Under the pieces are notes generated by a model. It ran no database searches, was not told where the DNA came from, and saw only the letters and a program-made list of their open reading frames with translations. A stretch of DNA of 17,899 bases, taken from NCBI GenBank assembly GCA_038046005.1, contig JBBSXB010000002.1, positions 1 to 17,899 of the forward strand. The letters run 5' to 3'. The DNA is from Nanobdellota archaeon. Its GTDB lineage: Archaea > Nanobdellota > Nanobdellia > Pacearchaeales > GW2011-AR1. Of the stretch, positions 1-7,392 are shown piece after piece. Numbering within the stretch: the first letter of the stretch is position 1; the number at the start of each line of letters is the position of its first letter. A program made the translations under genes and the position numbers.

Positions 1-22
1 TAATAGATTTTCTTTAGCTTTC

Positions 23-46
23 ACCCTACAGCAAGCTGTAGGGTAT
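23..46. repeat. REP/PATE-like palindrome, copy 1 (ACCCTACAGC-AA-GCTGTAGGGT-AT)
   Basis: Perfect 10-bp inverted arms at 23-32 and 35-44. Related copy at 17857-17879. Confidence 0.8.
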
Positions 47-256
47 AACGATTAAATCAATTATTGTTCCCACAGCTGTTTCTGACAATCCTGAATCTTT
101 GCTTAATCCCCAAACATTTCTCCAGTCTATTTTATCTAAATCATCAGAAACATTGAAAGTTCCTGCTACTATAGAAAATGCTTCTCGGTCGCTTTCGTCA
201 AGCTTTACTTCTGGTTTTGTTTCTCTTCCAAAAAGTTTCTTTAAAAGGTCTTTCAT
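26..256 (-). CDS. Hypothetical protein (76 aa), possibly 3'-truncated by the palindromic element
   Basis: ATG at 256 (MKDLLKKLFG...). The last codons (IPYSLL*) are read from the palindrome itself. Confidence 0.5.
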   Translation of the reverse strand: MKDLLKKLFGRETKPEVKLDESDREAFSIVAGTFNVSDDLDKIDWRNVWGLSKDSGLSETAVGTIIDLIVIPYSLL

Positions 257-325
257 TGCGTAAAAAATAAAGATTGAGGATTTTTGAGATAGGTTTAAAA
301 AGTTGAAATTTCTCTTGATAAAATG

Positions 326-515
326 GCTATTAAAACTTGGAGTTATCGGCACGAGTAAAGATTTTAATAGCAACGCTTCTATATTTAAATTAATTAAATC
401 ACTAATGAAAAGGGGAGTTAACCCGATGTATGTTCAACTGGTTACTCCTTCCGCTTTTGGAGCAGAGCGACAAAAGAGGTTAGCGGAATTTGATAAAATT
501 CCAGCCTCCGCTTTG
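326..515 (+). ncRNA. Candidate structured leader or ncRNA (three hairpins)
   Basis: TATA-like TTTAAAAA at 294-301. Stems at 326-335/362-371, 412-423/440-450 and 464-491/496-514. G-U pairs favour the + strand. Confidence 0.4.
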
Positions 516-532
516 ATATATAAGGGTGAAAA

Positions 533-952
533 ATGAAAAAAACAAATATTCTCTTTATATGCAAATATAACAGATTTAGAAGCAGGATAGCTGAAACTTA
601 TTTTAAAAAAATAAACAAAAATAAGAATGTTCAAGTCAAAAGCGCCGGCTTGATTAAAGGGAGTTCTGTTGGCGGTGAAGGAGCTGAAATAGCCAAGAAA
701 AAATGCGGTTTGAATATATACGGAAGAACAAATGGGCTCATAAGCAAAGTTTTAGCATGGCAAAACATAACTGTAGTTGTTGCAGATGACGTTCCGTTAC
801 AAGTTTTTAACAGGAATAAAAAATATGGAAAAAAGGTAATTTCTTGGAAAATAAAAGATGTTGACACAAAAAATGGAAGAACTCCTGAAAAAGTCATAGA
901 GGAAATAATTAAAAAAGTAAATGACTTTGTTAAAGAGTTGGAGAGAAGATGA
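533..952 (+). CDS. Low-molecular-weight protein tyrosine phosphatase / ArsC-fold protein
   Basis: N-terminal ILFICKYNRFRSRIAE (C-X5-R-S P-loop) and V-K-S-A-G motif. SD-like GGGTGA upstream. Confidence 0.85.
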   Translation: MKKTNILFICKYNRFRSRIAETYFKKINKNKNVQVKSAGLIKGSSVGGEGAEIAKKKCGLNIYGRTNGLISKVLAWQNITVVVADDVPLQVFNRNKKYGKKVISWKIKDVDTKNGRTPEKVIEEIIKKVNDFVKELERR

Positions 953-1383
953 AAATTGAATTGAGGAAGTTTAAAGCAATAGATAACTTTAGATTTTTAA
1001 TGCTAACATTAAATTCTGATAGTGCTAAAGGATTAAATAGAAGTTTCTTTGATTTTATTTTAAAGGGAGTTAAAGATTTATTTTCAAAACCAAATCTAAA
1101 CAAATTCGTAATATTAGTTGATGGAAAATTTGCTGGATCTATTGGCATCTTTAAAGTAGATAAATTTAATGAAATTGGTTTTTACATCTCACCTGAATTT
1201 AGAAGAAAGGGTATCGGCACAAAGGCACTTAAAGAAATGCTTGTTTACTATAAAATAAATCTTAAAGCTGTAACAACTCCGGATAATTTAGCAACAGTTA
1301 AAGTATTAAAGAATAATGAGTTTAAGTTATTAAAAGCAAATAAAAGAGAAAATGAACTTATATTTGAAAGGAGATTAAACTAA
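949..1383 (+). CDS. GNAT N-acetyltransferase (RimJ/RimL-like)
   Basis: EIGFYISPEFRRKGIGT acetyl-CoA-binding motif A and N-x-A-T-x-K-V-L-K-N-N-E-F motif. Confidence 0.85.
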   Translation: MKIELRKFKAIDNFRFLMLTLNSDSAKGLNRSFFDFILKGVKDLFSKPNLNKFVILVDGKFAGSIGIFKVDKFNEIGFYISPEFRRKGIGTKALKEMLVYYKINLKAVTTPDNLATVKVLKNNEFKLLKANKRENELIFERRLN

Positions 1384-1385
1384 AA

Positions 1386-2516
1386 ATGGATCCAGTAAAG
1401 GGTTTTAGAGATTATATCGGAGAAGAAGCTGAGAAAAGAGAAGAGATAAGGAAAATCATAGTCGCAGCATTTGAAAGGTACGGATTTGAACCTGCCGAAA
1501 CCCCTATAATTGAATTTGAAGAATTTGTTAAAGGAGACAATCAAAATGACGAGGCTGTTTCAGACATATTTAAGTTAAAAGATAAAGGGGAAAGAAATCT
1601 TGCTTTAAGATATGAATTTACATTCCAGCTAAAAAGAATTGCAAAAAACAAGAAGCTTCCTTATAAAAGATACCAAATTGGCCAAGTTTTTAGAGATGAA
1701 CCCATATCTTCAAACAGGTTCAGGCAGTTTACACAATGTGATGTTGATACAATTGGCTCAACAACAAAAGATGAGGCTGAAATCTTGACTTTGACTTACG
1801 AGATATTGAATGAATTGGGAATAAAGCCAATTGTTTTAATAAACAGCAGAAAACTTTTGAATGAGATTTTAGATGACAACAAAATTTCTGAAAAAAACAA
1901 AAGTCAAGTTTTAAGAGAGATAGACAAATATGACAAGCTTTCTGAAAAAGAAGTCAAAGATAATCTAAAAAAACTTGGGGCTGAAAAAGTTGTTGATTCT
2001 TTGAAGAAAGGAGAGAAATATTTTTCAAAGTTTGATGGATATAAAGACGTGATTTCTTTAATGGAATACTGCAAGACCTATGGAATAAAAGTTGTTTTCT
2101 CTCCTACGATTGTTAGAGGATTATCATACTACAACGGAAATGTTTTTGAAATAAAAACAGAAGGAATCAAGGAAACAATTGTTGGGGGTGGCTCTTATAT
2201 GATAGAAGGATTTCAGTCCACAGGATTATCATTTGGATTGGAGAGGCTTTGTGTGCTTGCAAAGCTAAAAGAGGAAAAAGAAAAATATCTTGTTGTTTCT
2301 TTGGAACAGGACAGAGAAGCAATAAAACTTACACAAAAACTTCGTGAAAAAAATCTGCAAGTTTCCATTTGTTATGGGAAGCCCTCAAAAGCCTTGGAGT
2401 ATGCAAATTCCTACAAAATAAACAAAGTTATTTTTGTTGGTTCGCAAGAAGTTAAATCAAAGAAATTCAAAGTTAAGGACATGAAAACGGGAAAAGAAAG
2501 TGTGCTAAAGATTTAA
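1386..2516 (+). CDS. hisS: Histidine--tRNA ligase
   Basis: KGFRD, ALRYEFT, motif 2 FRDE...RFRQFTQCDVD, RGLSYY, motif 3 FGLERL, and a C-terminal class IIa anticodon-binding domain. Confidence 0.93.
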   Translation: MDPVKGFRDYIGEEAEKREEIRKIIVAAFERYGFEPAETPIIEFEEFVKGDNQNDEAVSDIFKLKDKGERNLALRYEFTFQLKRIAKNKKLPYKRYQIGQVFRDEPISSNRFRQFTQCDVDTIGSTTKDEAEILTLTYEILNELGIKPIVLINSRKLLNEILDDNKISEKNKSQVLREIDKYDKLSEKEVKDNLKKLGAEKVVDSLKKGEKYFSKFDGYKDVISLMEYCKTYGIKVVFSPTIVRGLSYYNGNVFEIKTEGIKETIVGGGSYMIEGFQSTGLSFGLERLCVLAKLKEEKEKYLVVSLEQDREAIKLTQKLREKNLQVSICYGKPSKALEYANSYKINKVIFVGSQEVKSKKFKVKDMKTGKESVLKI

Positions 2517-2759
2517 TTATCTTCTCCAATCGACATATCTATGTTCGTTAACTTTTCTTTCATGCCATCTTTCAATTATCCTAGCAATAAGCAATGTCAA
2601 GAAAACCATTACCGAGGCTGGGAACATCCATAATAGCAATGTGTCCATGACTTTTGTAAATCCGTAAACAGTTGTTATGTAAAAGCCCGAAAGAATCATG
2701 AATAATAAAGTTGCAATCAATTCCGCATCTAACTCTTTTTCCCACAAAGTTTTTAACAT
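2517..2759 (-). CDS. Small membrane protein (two predicted TM helices)
   Basis: Two hydrophobic stretches and a basic C-terminus. TATA-like sequence about 22 nt upstream. Confidence 0.65.
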   Translation of the reverse strand: MLKTLWEKELDAELIATLLFMILSGFYITTVYGFTKVMDTLLLWMFPASVMVFLTLLIARIIERWHERKVNEHRYVDWRR

Positions 2760-2818
2760 GACTATTTAATAAAATCAAAATTTAAAAAGCTATTGATGTT
2801 GAAGTAATTGTCATTCGT

Positions 2819-2890
2819 GGGCCTGTCGTATAGTGGCCATTATACATGGCTGGCAGTCATGGGATCGGAGTTCGACTCTCCGCAGGTCCA
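2819..2890 (+). tRNA. tRNA-Ala(GGC)
   Basis: Acceptor stem GGGCCTG/CAGGTCC with the G3-U70 Ala identity pair. Anticodon arm CATGG-CTGGCAG-TCATG. T arm CGGAG-TTCGACT-CTCCG. Discriminator A; CCA not encoded. Confidence 0.95.
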
Positions 2891-2891
2891 T

Positions 2892-3113
2892 TTATCTTTT
2901 CTTTTTCAATTCAACATATTTCTCATTCTTTGGCTGTAAGAAATATATGTAAATTATTTCAAGAATTCCCAGAGTGTTTACAATTAGAAGAACAATGAAC
3001 CAAGGCAATTGGTTGTGTCTTCCTGCCTTCCACAAAGCAATTCCTTTCCAGGCTATACTCCAAGCTAATATTGGAATAATCCAAGGCGAACTAAGGAATG
3101 ATGCTAATGTCAT
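2892..3113 (-). CDS. DUF5652-like small membrane protein
   Basis: WKGIALWKAG.....WFIVLLIVNTLGILEIIY pattern recalled for this CPR/DPANN family. Confidence 0.8.
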   Translation of the reverse strand: MTLASFLSSPWIIPILAWSIAWKGIALWKAGRHNQLPWFIVLLIVNTLGILEIIYIYFLQPKNEKYVELKKKR

Positions 3114-3165
3114 AAATAATAAAGCGTGAAGAAGTATTTAAATTTTATTGAAATTCAAGTTCATT

Positions 3166-3816
3166 TTATTCTTTCCCATCCCACTCCCTATAAAATTCTT
3201 CTAAAAATTGTTCCATGAACTTGTGCCTCTTTTCGGCAAGTTCTTTTCCAGTTTGAGTATTCATTTTATCTTTCAGCAACAAGAGTTTTTCATAAAAATG
3301 GTTTATCGTTGGAGAATCTTCTTTTTTGTATTCTTCCATGCTTATATTTTTGTGAGGTTTTATTTCTGGGTCATAGATTTTTTTATTTTTATAACCCCCA
3401 TAATGGAATGCTCTTGTTATGCCTATAGCTCCCATTGCATCCAACCTGTCAGCATCCTGTACAATATCAAGTTCTTTAGATTTAAACTTTTGGTCAAAAC
3501 TTTTTCTAAAAGATATATTTTCAATAATCTTTACTATATGATCTGTTAAGCTAGAATCTAAATTTATATTATCTAAGAAATTCTTAGCTATTTTCGGCCC
3601 GATCTCTTCATCTCCACCCTGAAATTTAGGATCAGCTATGTCATGAAGCAAAGCACCCATTTCTACGACAAACAAATTAGCGTTCTCTTTTTTAGCAATT
3701 GTTTTTGATAAAAGTAATACTCTGTTAATGTGACCCCAATCATGTCCTTTTTCAGTGTTAGTCAGTGTTTTCTTAACAAATTCTGTTGTTTTTTCTATTA
3801 TTTCTTGCTCTTTCAT
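3166..3816 (-). CDS. HD-domain phosphohydrolase (YedJ-like)
   Basis: GHDWGH..RV, ALLHDIAD, VQDADRLDAMGAIG and HFYEKLL motifs. Confidence 0.92.
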   Translation of the reverse strand: MKEQEIIEKTTEFVKKTLTNTEKGHDWGHINRVLLLSKTIAKKENANLFVVEMGALLHDIADPKFQGGDEEIGPKIAKNFLDNINLDSSLTDHIVKIIENISFRKSFDQKFKSKELDIVQDADRLDAMGAIGITRAFHYGGYKNKKIYDPEIKPHKNISMEEYKKEDSPTINHFYEKLLLLKDKMNTQTGKELAEKRHKFMEQFLEEFYREWDGKE

Positions 3817-4478
3817 ACTTCAATCTCCATCCTCCAAGAATTTCCATCACCAGAATATTTTTTATTTTTTATTTTAAGTTCTTTTTTGAATAAAGGGCAG
3901 TTCAAAACAAAAGATTCGAACTCTCCCCCCTCGCCCGCAGGATGAATTTTGTATTTATCTTTTAGAAACTTGACTTCTTCGATAAATTTTTTGTCTATTT
4001 TTCTTCCAAGCCAATTTTCATCTAAAGGATAGGCAGCAACAGCAGTTATTATAACTTTGAATTTATATTTTATTAGATCACTAAGATATTCAATCTCGTC
4101 CTTTTGCCATAATGGATTAAGACATTTGAGGTTTAATTTGTTACATATGTTTTGTATTCTTGAAGCTTGGTAGACGCTTTTCAAAGCTCCTGTAACAATT
4201 CCTTCAATCTTGTATTTTTCTTTTGCATCTTTAATTGCATTTTCAAGATCTGTTAACTCTTCTTCTTTTTTCCCCTTTGTTTTTTGAATTAACAAGGGAA
4301 TGTTCATTGATTTTGCCTGCTCTTCAACTCTTGTTATTGAAGGTGTGTGAAACATGTAAGAATCTTTGTTCTCTGAGAAAATTGAAATTAAGCAAGCCAA
4401 CTCATGACCTTCTTTTTTTGCAAGCCATGCTGCGTAGCAAGAATCTTTGCCTCCTGAAAATAAAACTCCTAGTTTCAT
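3813..4478 (-). CDS. dph6: Diphthine--ammonia ligase / PP-loop ATPase (Dph6 family)
   Basis: PP-loop SGGKDS, SYMFHTP, YQ..R, PLW and GEGGEFES motifs. Confidence 0.88.
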   Translation of the reverse strand: MKLGVLFSGGKDSCYAAWLAKKEGHELACLISIFSENKDSYMFHTPSITRVEEQAKSMNIPLLIQKTKGKKEEELTDLENAIKDAKEKYKIEGIVTGALKSVYQASRIQNICNKLNLKCLNPLWQKDEIEYLSDLIKYKFKVIITAVAAYPLDENWLGRKIDKKFIEEVKFLKDKYKIHPAGEGGEFESFVLNCPLFKKELKIKNKKYSGDGNSWRMEIEV

Positions 4479-4517
4479 TGAAAAAAGAATAATGGAGTAT
4501 ATTTAAGGGTTTTTGAA

Positions 4518-4739
4518 CTATCCCACAAGTTTTTTTAAAGAAATATACTCTCTTTTGAATCTCTCTGAAGCACTATAAGATTGATTCATATCAGCTGTTC
4601 TTTCACAAAAAGCAGCCGCATAACCAAACTCCATGGCAATTCTTATAATCTCTTCTTGTTCAATGGTTAATTTCACTTTAGAAAGTTTATCTTTTAAAGT
4701 TCTGCTTTTCTCATCAAATTCATCATTCATATCTCCCAT
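4518..4739 (-). CDS. Hypothetical protein (73 aa)
   Basis: Fills the gap between genes. TATA-like sequence about 23 nt upstream of the ATG. Confidence 0.6.
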   Translation of the reverse strand: MGDMNDEFDEKSRTLKDKLSKVKLTIEQEEIIRIAMEFGYAAAFCERTADMNQSYSASERFKREYISLKKLVG

Positions 4740-4793
4740 TATCCTAAAAGAAAAAATTACTTTATAAGAATTGTTGGTTTTGAAAGATATGTT

Positions 4794-5690
4794 TCAATCA
4801 AACAGACTAGCTAAAGGATTTTCGAAATCCTTGTTGGCTTCTTCAAGTCTTCTTCTGCCTTCATCATCAAGACCTTTCATCTCTCCATCAAGTTTATCCT
4901 TAAGATCTGCAAATGGATCTGGGTTGTGTTTAAAGTAAACTTCCTTAAGCCATATGTAAATTTCTTCAAAGTGTGTTTCTTGCTCAAGCCAGACTTTTTT
5001 TTGGTTTTCCAGATGTAACAACGGAGAGAATGAAACTATTTTTTCCTCTTTGTTATTTCCCAAAAGTTCTGAGAAGCCGATTTTTTTTGATTCTTTGTTT
5101 GAGTCAAAATGAGTAGTCAGTTTAGAGTAGACTTCTTTTATTTTGTCAGTTATGTTTATTTTTCTTTTTGGAAGTGAAATTCCTGCCTCTCTTAAAGCGT
5201 TTTTGTTGACAATTTCTTTGCTTATTCTTCTTGTTTCCGTTTTTATTGCTTTGTTCAAAGATTCTATAAGTTCCTGGAGAGTCACTTTTTTGAATCTTGG
5301 GATTGGGCTTCTTGGAATAAGCTCTGGAATTTCTTCATCAAGCTCTATCCTCTCCAACACAGATCTTTTGATCTCTTTATTACCAAACAGGATTTCATCA
5401 ATGCTTTTTATGTACTTGTTAAGCAAAATTTCTGATTTGATTCTTAACAAAAGTGAAGCTGCCAGAAGGACTTTGCTTGACACAAAAAAATCCGCTTCCT
5501 CTAAAAATTGGATTTTTTCCAAGTATTTGTTAGTTAAGACTGAAAGATCAATGTCCCAAGGATCAAGCTGTTCCGTGTTTATCAAATCGTAGATTATTTC
5601 CTGCCATCCGACCTCTCTGTTAAAAAGCAAAGTATGAATTTGATCCTGTTGCACACTTCTTTTACCCTCATTGTTATCGGCTTCTTCCAT
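4794..5690 (-). CDS. scpA: Segregation/condensation protein A (SMC kleisin)
   Basis: LDPWDIDL...LT..YL, ASLLLRIKS..L, VTLQELIESL and C-terminal F..LLHL......LEQ...FEEI motifs. Start at 5690 is preferred over 5705 from TATA spacing. Confidence 0.9.
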   Translation of the reverse strand: MEEADNNEGKRSVQQDQIHTLLFNREVGWQEIIYDLINTEQLDPWDIDLSVLTNKYLEKIQFLEEADFFVSSKVLLAASLLLRIKSEILLNKYIKSIDEILFGNKEIKRSVLERIELDEEIPELIPRSPIPRFKKVTLQELIESLNKAIKTETRRISKEIVNKNALREAGISLPKRKINITDKIKEVYSKLTTHFDSNKESKKIGFSELLGNNKEEKIVSFSPLLHLENQKKVWLEQETHFEEIYIWLKEVYFKHNPDPFADLKDKLDGEMKGLDDEGRRRLEEANKDFENPLASLFD

Positions 5691-5738
5691 AAGACTTAAA
5701 AACATCTATATTTTATAAATTGTTTGAGTAGTTTTTAT

Positions 5739-5776
5739 TTGGTAGTGCCTAAAAAGTAATATTGGTAGTGCCTAAA
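5739..5776. repeat. 15-bp direct repeat TTGGTAGTGCCTAAA x2 (23-bp period)
   Basis: Exact copies at 5739-5753 and 5762-5776. Partial inverted copies at 5793-5799 and 6348-6358. Confidence 0.85.
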
Positions 5777-5902
5777 TATGGATTCAACGACCTTAGGCAT
5801 ATGTCATTCTCAAGAGAGTTGACACTACTACAAGTGAAAAACCATCTGTCATTTTTTAAGAGTAACAAAAACGAAAGGTTTAAATACTGCAACAAGTTGG
5901 TA

Positions 5903-5980
5903 TATAATCACCTCTTTTTCCCCAGGATAGAGGTCTTGGGACTCTATTTGATTTCTCAGGACATCTATCCCAGGGTTATA
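5903..5980 (+). ncRNA. Candidate structured 5' leader or small RNA
   Basis: BRE/TATA-like CGAAAGG-TTTAAATA at 5872-5886. Stem 5925-5941/5954-5970 pairs 16 of 17 positions, including two G-U. Confidence 0.4.
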
Positions 5981-6016
5981 ATCAAAATAAATGGAACGAA
6001 GGACAATAAAAATAAA

Positions 6017-6307
6017 ATGAGAGTATTAAAAATTGAAGGAGAAAGAACAGTAGAAGTGTCCCACCCTATAGATGGATCTGGATATTTATATCCTAAAGAC
6101 ACAGTAAGAGTTGTATCTAAGTATTATTTTTTCCCCCATACAATAAATAATGAAACAAGAATAGGAAGACAAACATTAGAACAAAGAGCAAATATTAGTT
6201 CCATATGTGCAGATATAGATTTAGGTCCTGTTTTTTACAATTGTTGGCACGATCAAAAATTTGTTGATTTACCTGCTTTGCCTGTTGCAGCGCAGCATCC
6301 CATATAA
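6017..6307 (+). CDS. Hypothetical protein (96 aa)
   Basis: ATG at 6017 (MRVLKIEG...). The longer 5762 start runs through repeats and a promoter and is unlikely. Confidence 0.5.
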   Translation: MRVLKIEGERTVEVSHPIDGSGYLYPKDTVRVVSKYYFFPHTINNETRIGRQTLEQRANISSICADIDLGPVFYNCWHDQKFVDLPALPVAAQHPI

Positions 6308-6382
6308 AAATTTAATAAGCTTTATAATCAAAACCTTTAAATAGGAAAGGCACTAACATATTATATTAAAAAAGAGATTTAT

Positions 6383-6564
6383 GTGAGCTTATTAAGATTA
6401 GTTCTTGCTCACTTGATATTCATTTATTGAAAAGTCGTGGGATACAGTGATTTATTCTTTAGTAAACATCCCCACGCAACATATTCATATTAATTTAAAA
6501 AATTATTTATTTGCGGGCTTAATAAGCATCAGTCTTTGTTATTGATGCTTGCCCAAACATATTC
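6383..6564 (+). ncRNA. Candidate ncRNA array of three bulged hairpins
   Basis: TATA at 6336-6343. Hairpins at 6383-6412, 6436-6476 and 6515-6554, each followed within a few nt by ATATTC. Confidence 0.5.
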
Positions 6565-6609
6565 TAAGATTATATAAATTTTTATAAAGTTAACAACCTA
6601 AGAAATCCT

Positions 6610-6849
6610 ATGAGCCAAGATGTATACAGCGTATTTATTAAATTTGAAAGTTTAGGTAATACTGAGATAGCTTTATCCCATGAAGGAGCACCATGGAACG
6701 CAAGAGAGTTTGCACTTAAAATTTACGGAGAAATTAGAAAAAATTATACAAAACCCGAAAATGTATCTTTAGTTAGATATGTAGATGGTAAACCAAGAAA
6801 AGTAGTATTATCTGATTTAGAAAAAGAAGCTCTTGGAATTAAAGATTAA
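6610..6849 (+). CDS. Hypothetical protein (79 aa)
   Basis: TTTATAAA at 6581-6588 followed by a leaderless ATG. Globular amino-acid composition. Confidence 0.65.
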   Translation: MSQDVYSVFIKFESLGNTEIALSHEGAPWNAREFALKIYGEIRKNYTKPENVSLVRYVDGKPRKVVLSDLEKEALGIKD

Positions 6850-6865
6850 AATATTCTCTAAAAAA

Positions 6866-7075
6866 TCAATTCTTACTCTCAAACTCACTATAATGACACT
6901 TTCCGCAATACACTCTGTCTTTTGCAATCATCAAAAATACTCCGGGACCACATCTAGGACAAAATTTAGCCCGTGTAACCTTGTCGCCGCTTAAAGTGTA
7001 TTTAGAATATTTCTTGCTGGTTGGTTTGTTCTTGTGTGGCTTCTTACCTTTTTTTCCGCCTTTTTTATCTGCCAT
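6866..7075 (-). CDS. rps27ae: 30S ribosomal protein S27ae (eS31)
   Basis: CPRCGPGVF...DRVYCGKC zinc ribbon. Start corrected to MADKK at 7075. Confidence 0.95.
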   Translation of the reverse strand: MADKKGGKKGKKPHKNKPTSKKYSKYTLSGDKVTRAKFCPRCGPGVFLMIAKDRVYCGKCHYSEFESKN

Positions 7076-7079
7076 TTTA

Positions 7080-7391
7080 TTATTGCACAACCTCTGCAAC
7101 AGGTGCAAGAAGTTTGGCTATTTTTTCTTTTTCTTTTTTTGAAAATGACTCTGTTTCATCCATATCTTTTCTTGAATGATAAATAAATGCGAAAACTTTG
7201 AAATGTTTTGTTCCCGATTTTCCCACTATTTTTTTTATTAAGACAAGTTCCGGAGTTTTAGAGAATTTTTTGCATAGAGCGTCTGTTGCTTCTTTTTTTG
7301 AAGGAGTTCTCTCTTCAGAGATTTCAAACTCTATCTCTTTTCTCTTGAATAAATGATTCTCAAATTCTTTAGAAATGTGTTTTATTTCCAT
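7080..7391 (-). CDS. rps24e: 30S ribosomal protein S24e (eS24)
   Basis: N.LFKRKEI.F...TPSK.E...I....G.......IY pattern and its position before rps27ae. Confidence 0.9.
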   Translation of the reverse strand: MEIKHISKEFENHLFKRKEIEFEISEERTPSKKEATDALCKKFSKTPELVLIKKIVGKSGTKHFKVFAFIYHSRKDMDETESFSKKEKEKIAKLLAPVAEVVQ

Positions 7392-7392
7392 T

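Noticed and set aside
326-515. Fluoride riboswitch, T-box, His attenuator, SRP RNA or RNase P RNA
   Set aside because: No GAUGGRGUUC/UGACYCCUA fluoride pseudoknot, no T-box motif, no His codons in the 405-536 ORF, no SRP helix-8 motif and no RNase P GAGGAAAGUCC.
533-952. Definite arsC call
   Set aside because: It lacks the resolving Cys pair of thioredoxin-coupled ArsC and has no ars operon context.
5739-5776. Canonical ORB or Xer dif site
   Set aside because: No TCCA-N-TGGA core with a G-string, no adjacent cdc6/orc1, and no 11-6-11 dif-type inverted arrangement.
5762-6016. N-terminal extension of the 181-aa ORF
   Set aside because: It has a TTG start inside the direct repeat and runs across a TATA box and a hairpin. 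ATG 6017 is more plausible.
6355-6564. CRISPR array, type III TA (ToxI) repeats or integron attC sites
   Set aside because: The shared sequence is only 6-9 nt. No cas, ToxN-like or integrase gene is nearby, and there are no RYYYAAC/GTTRRRY ends.
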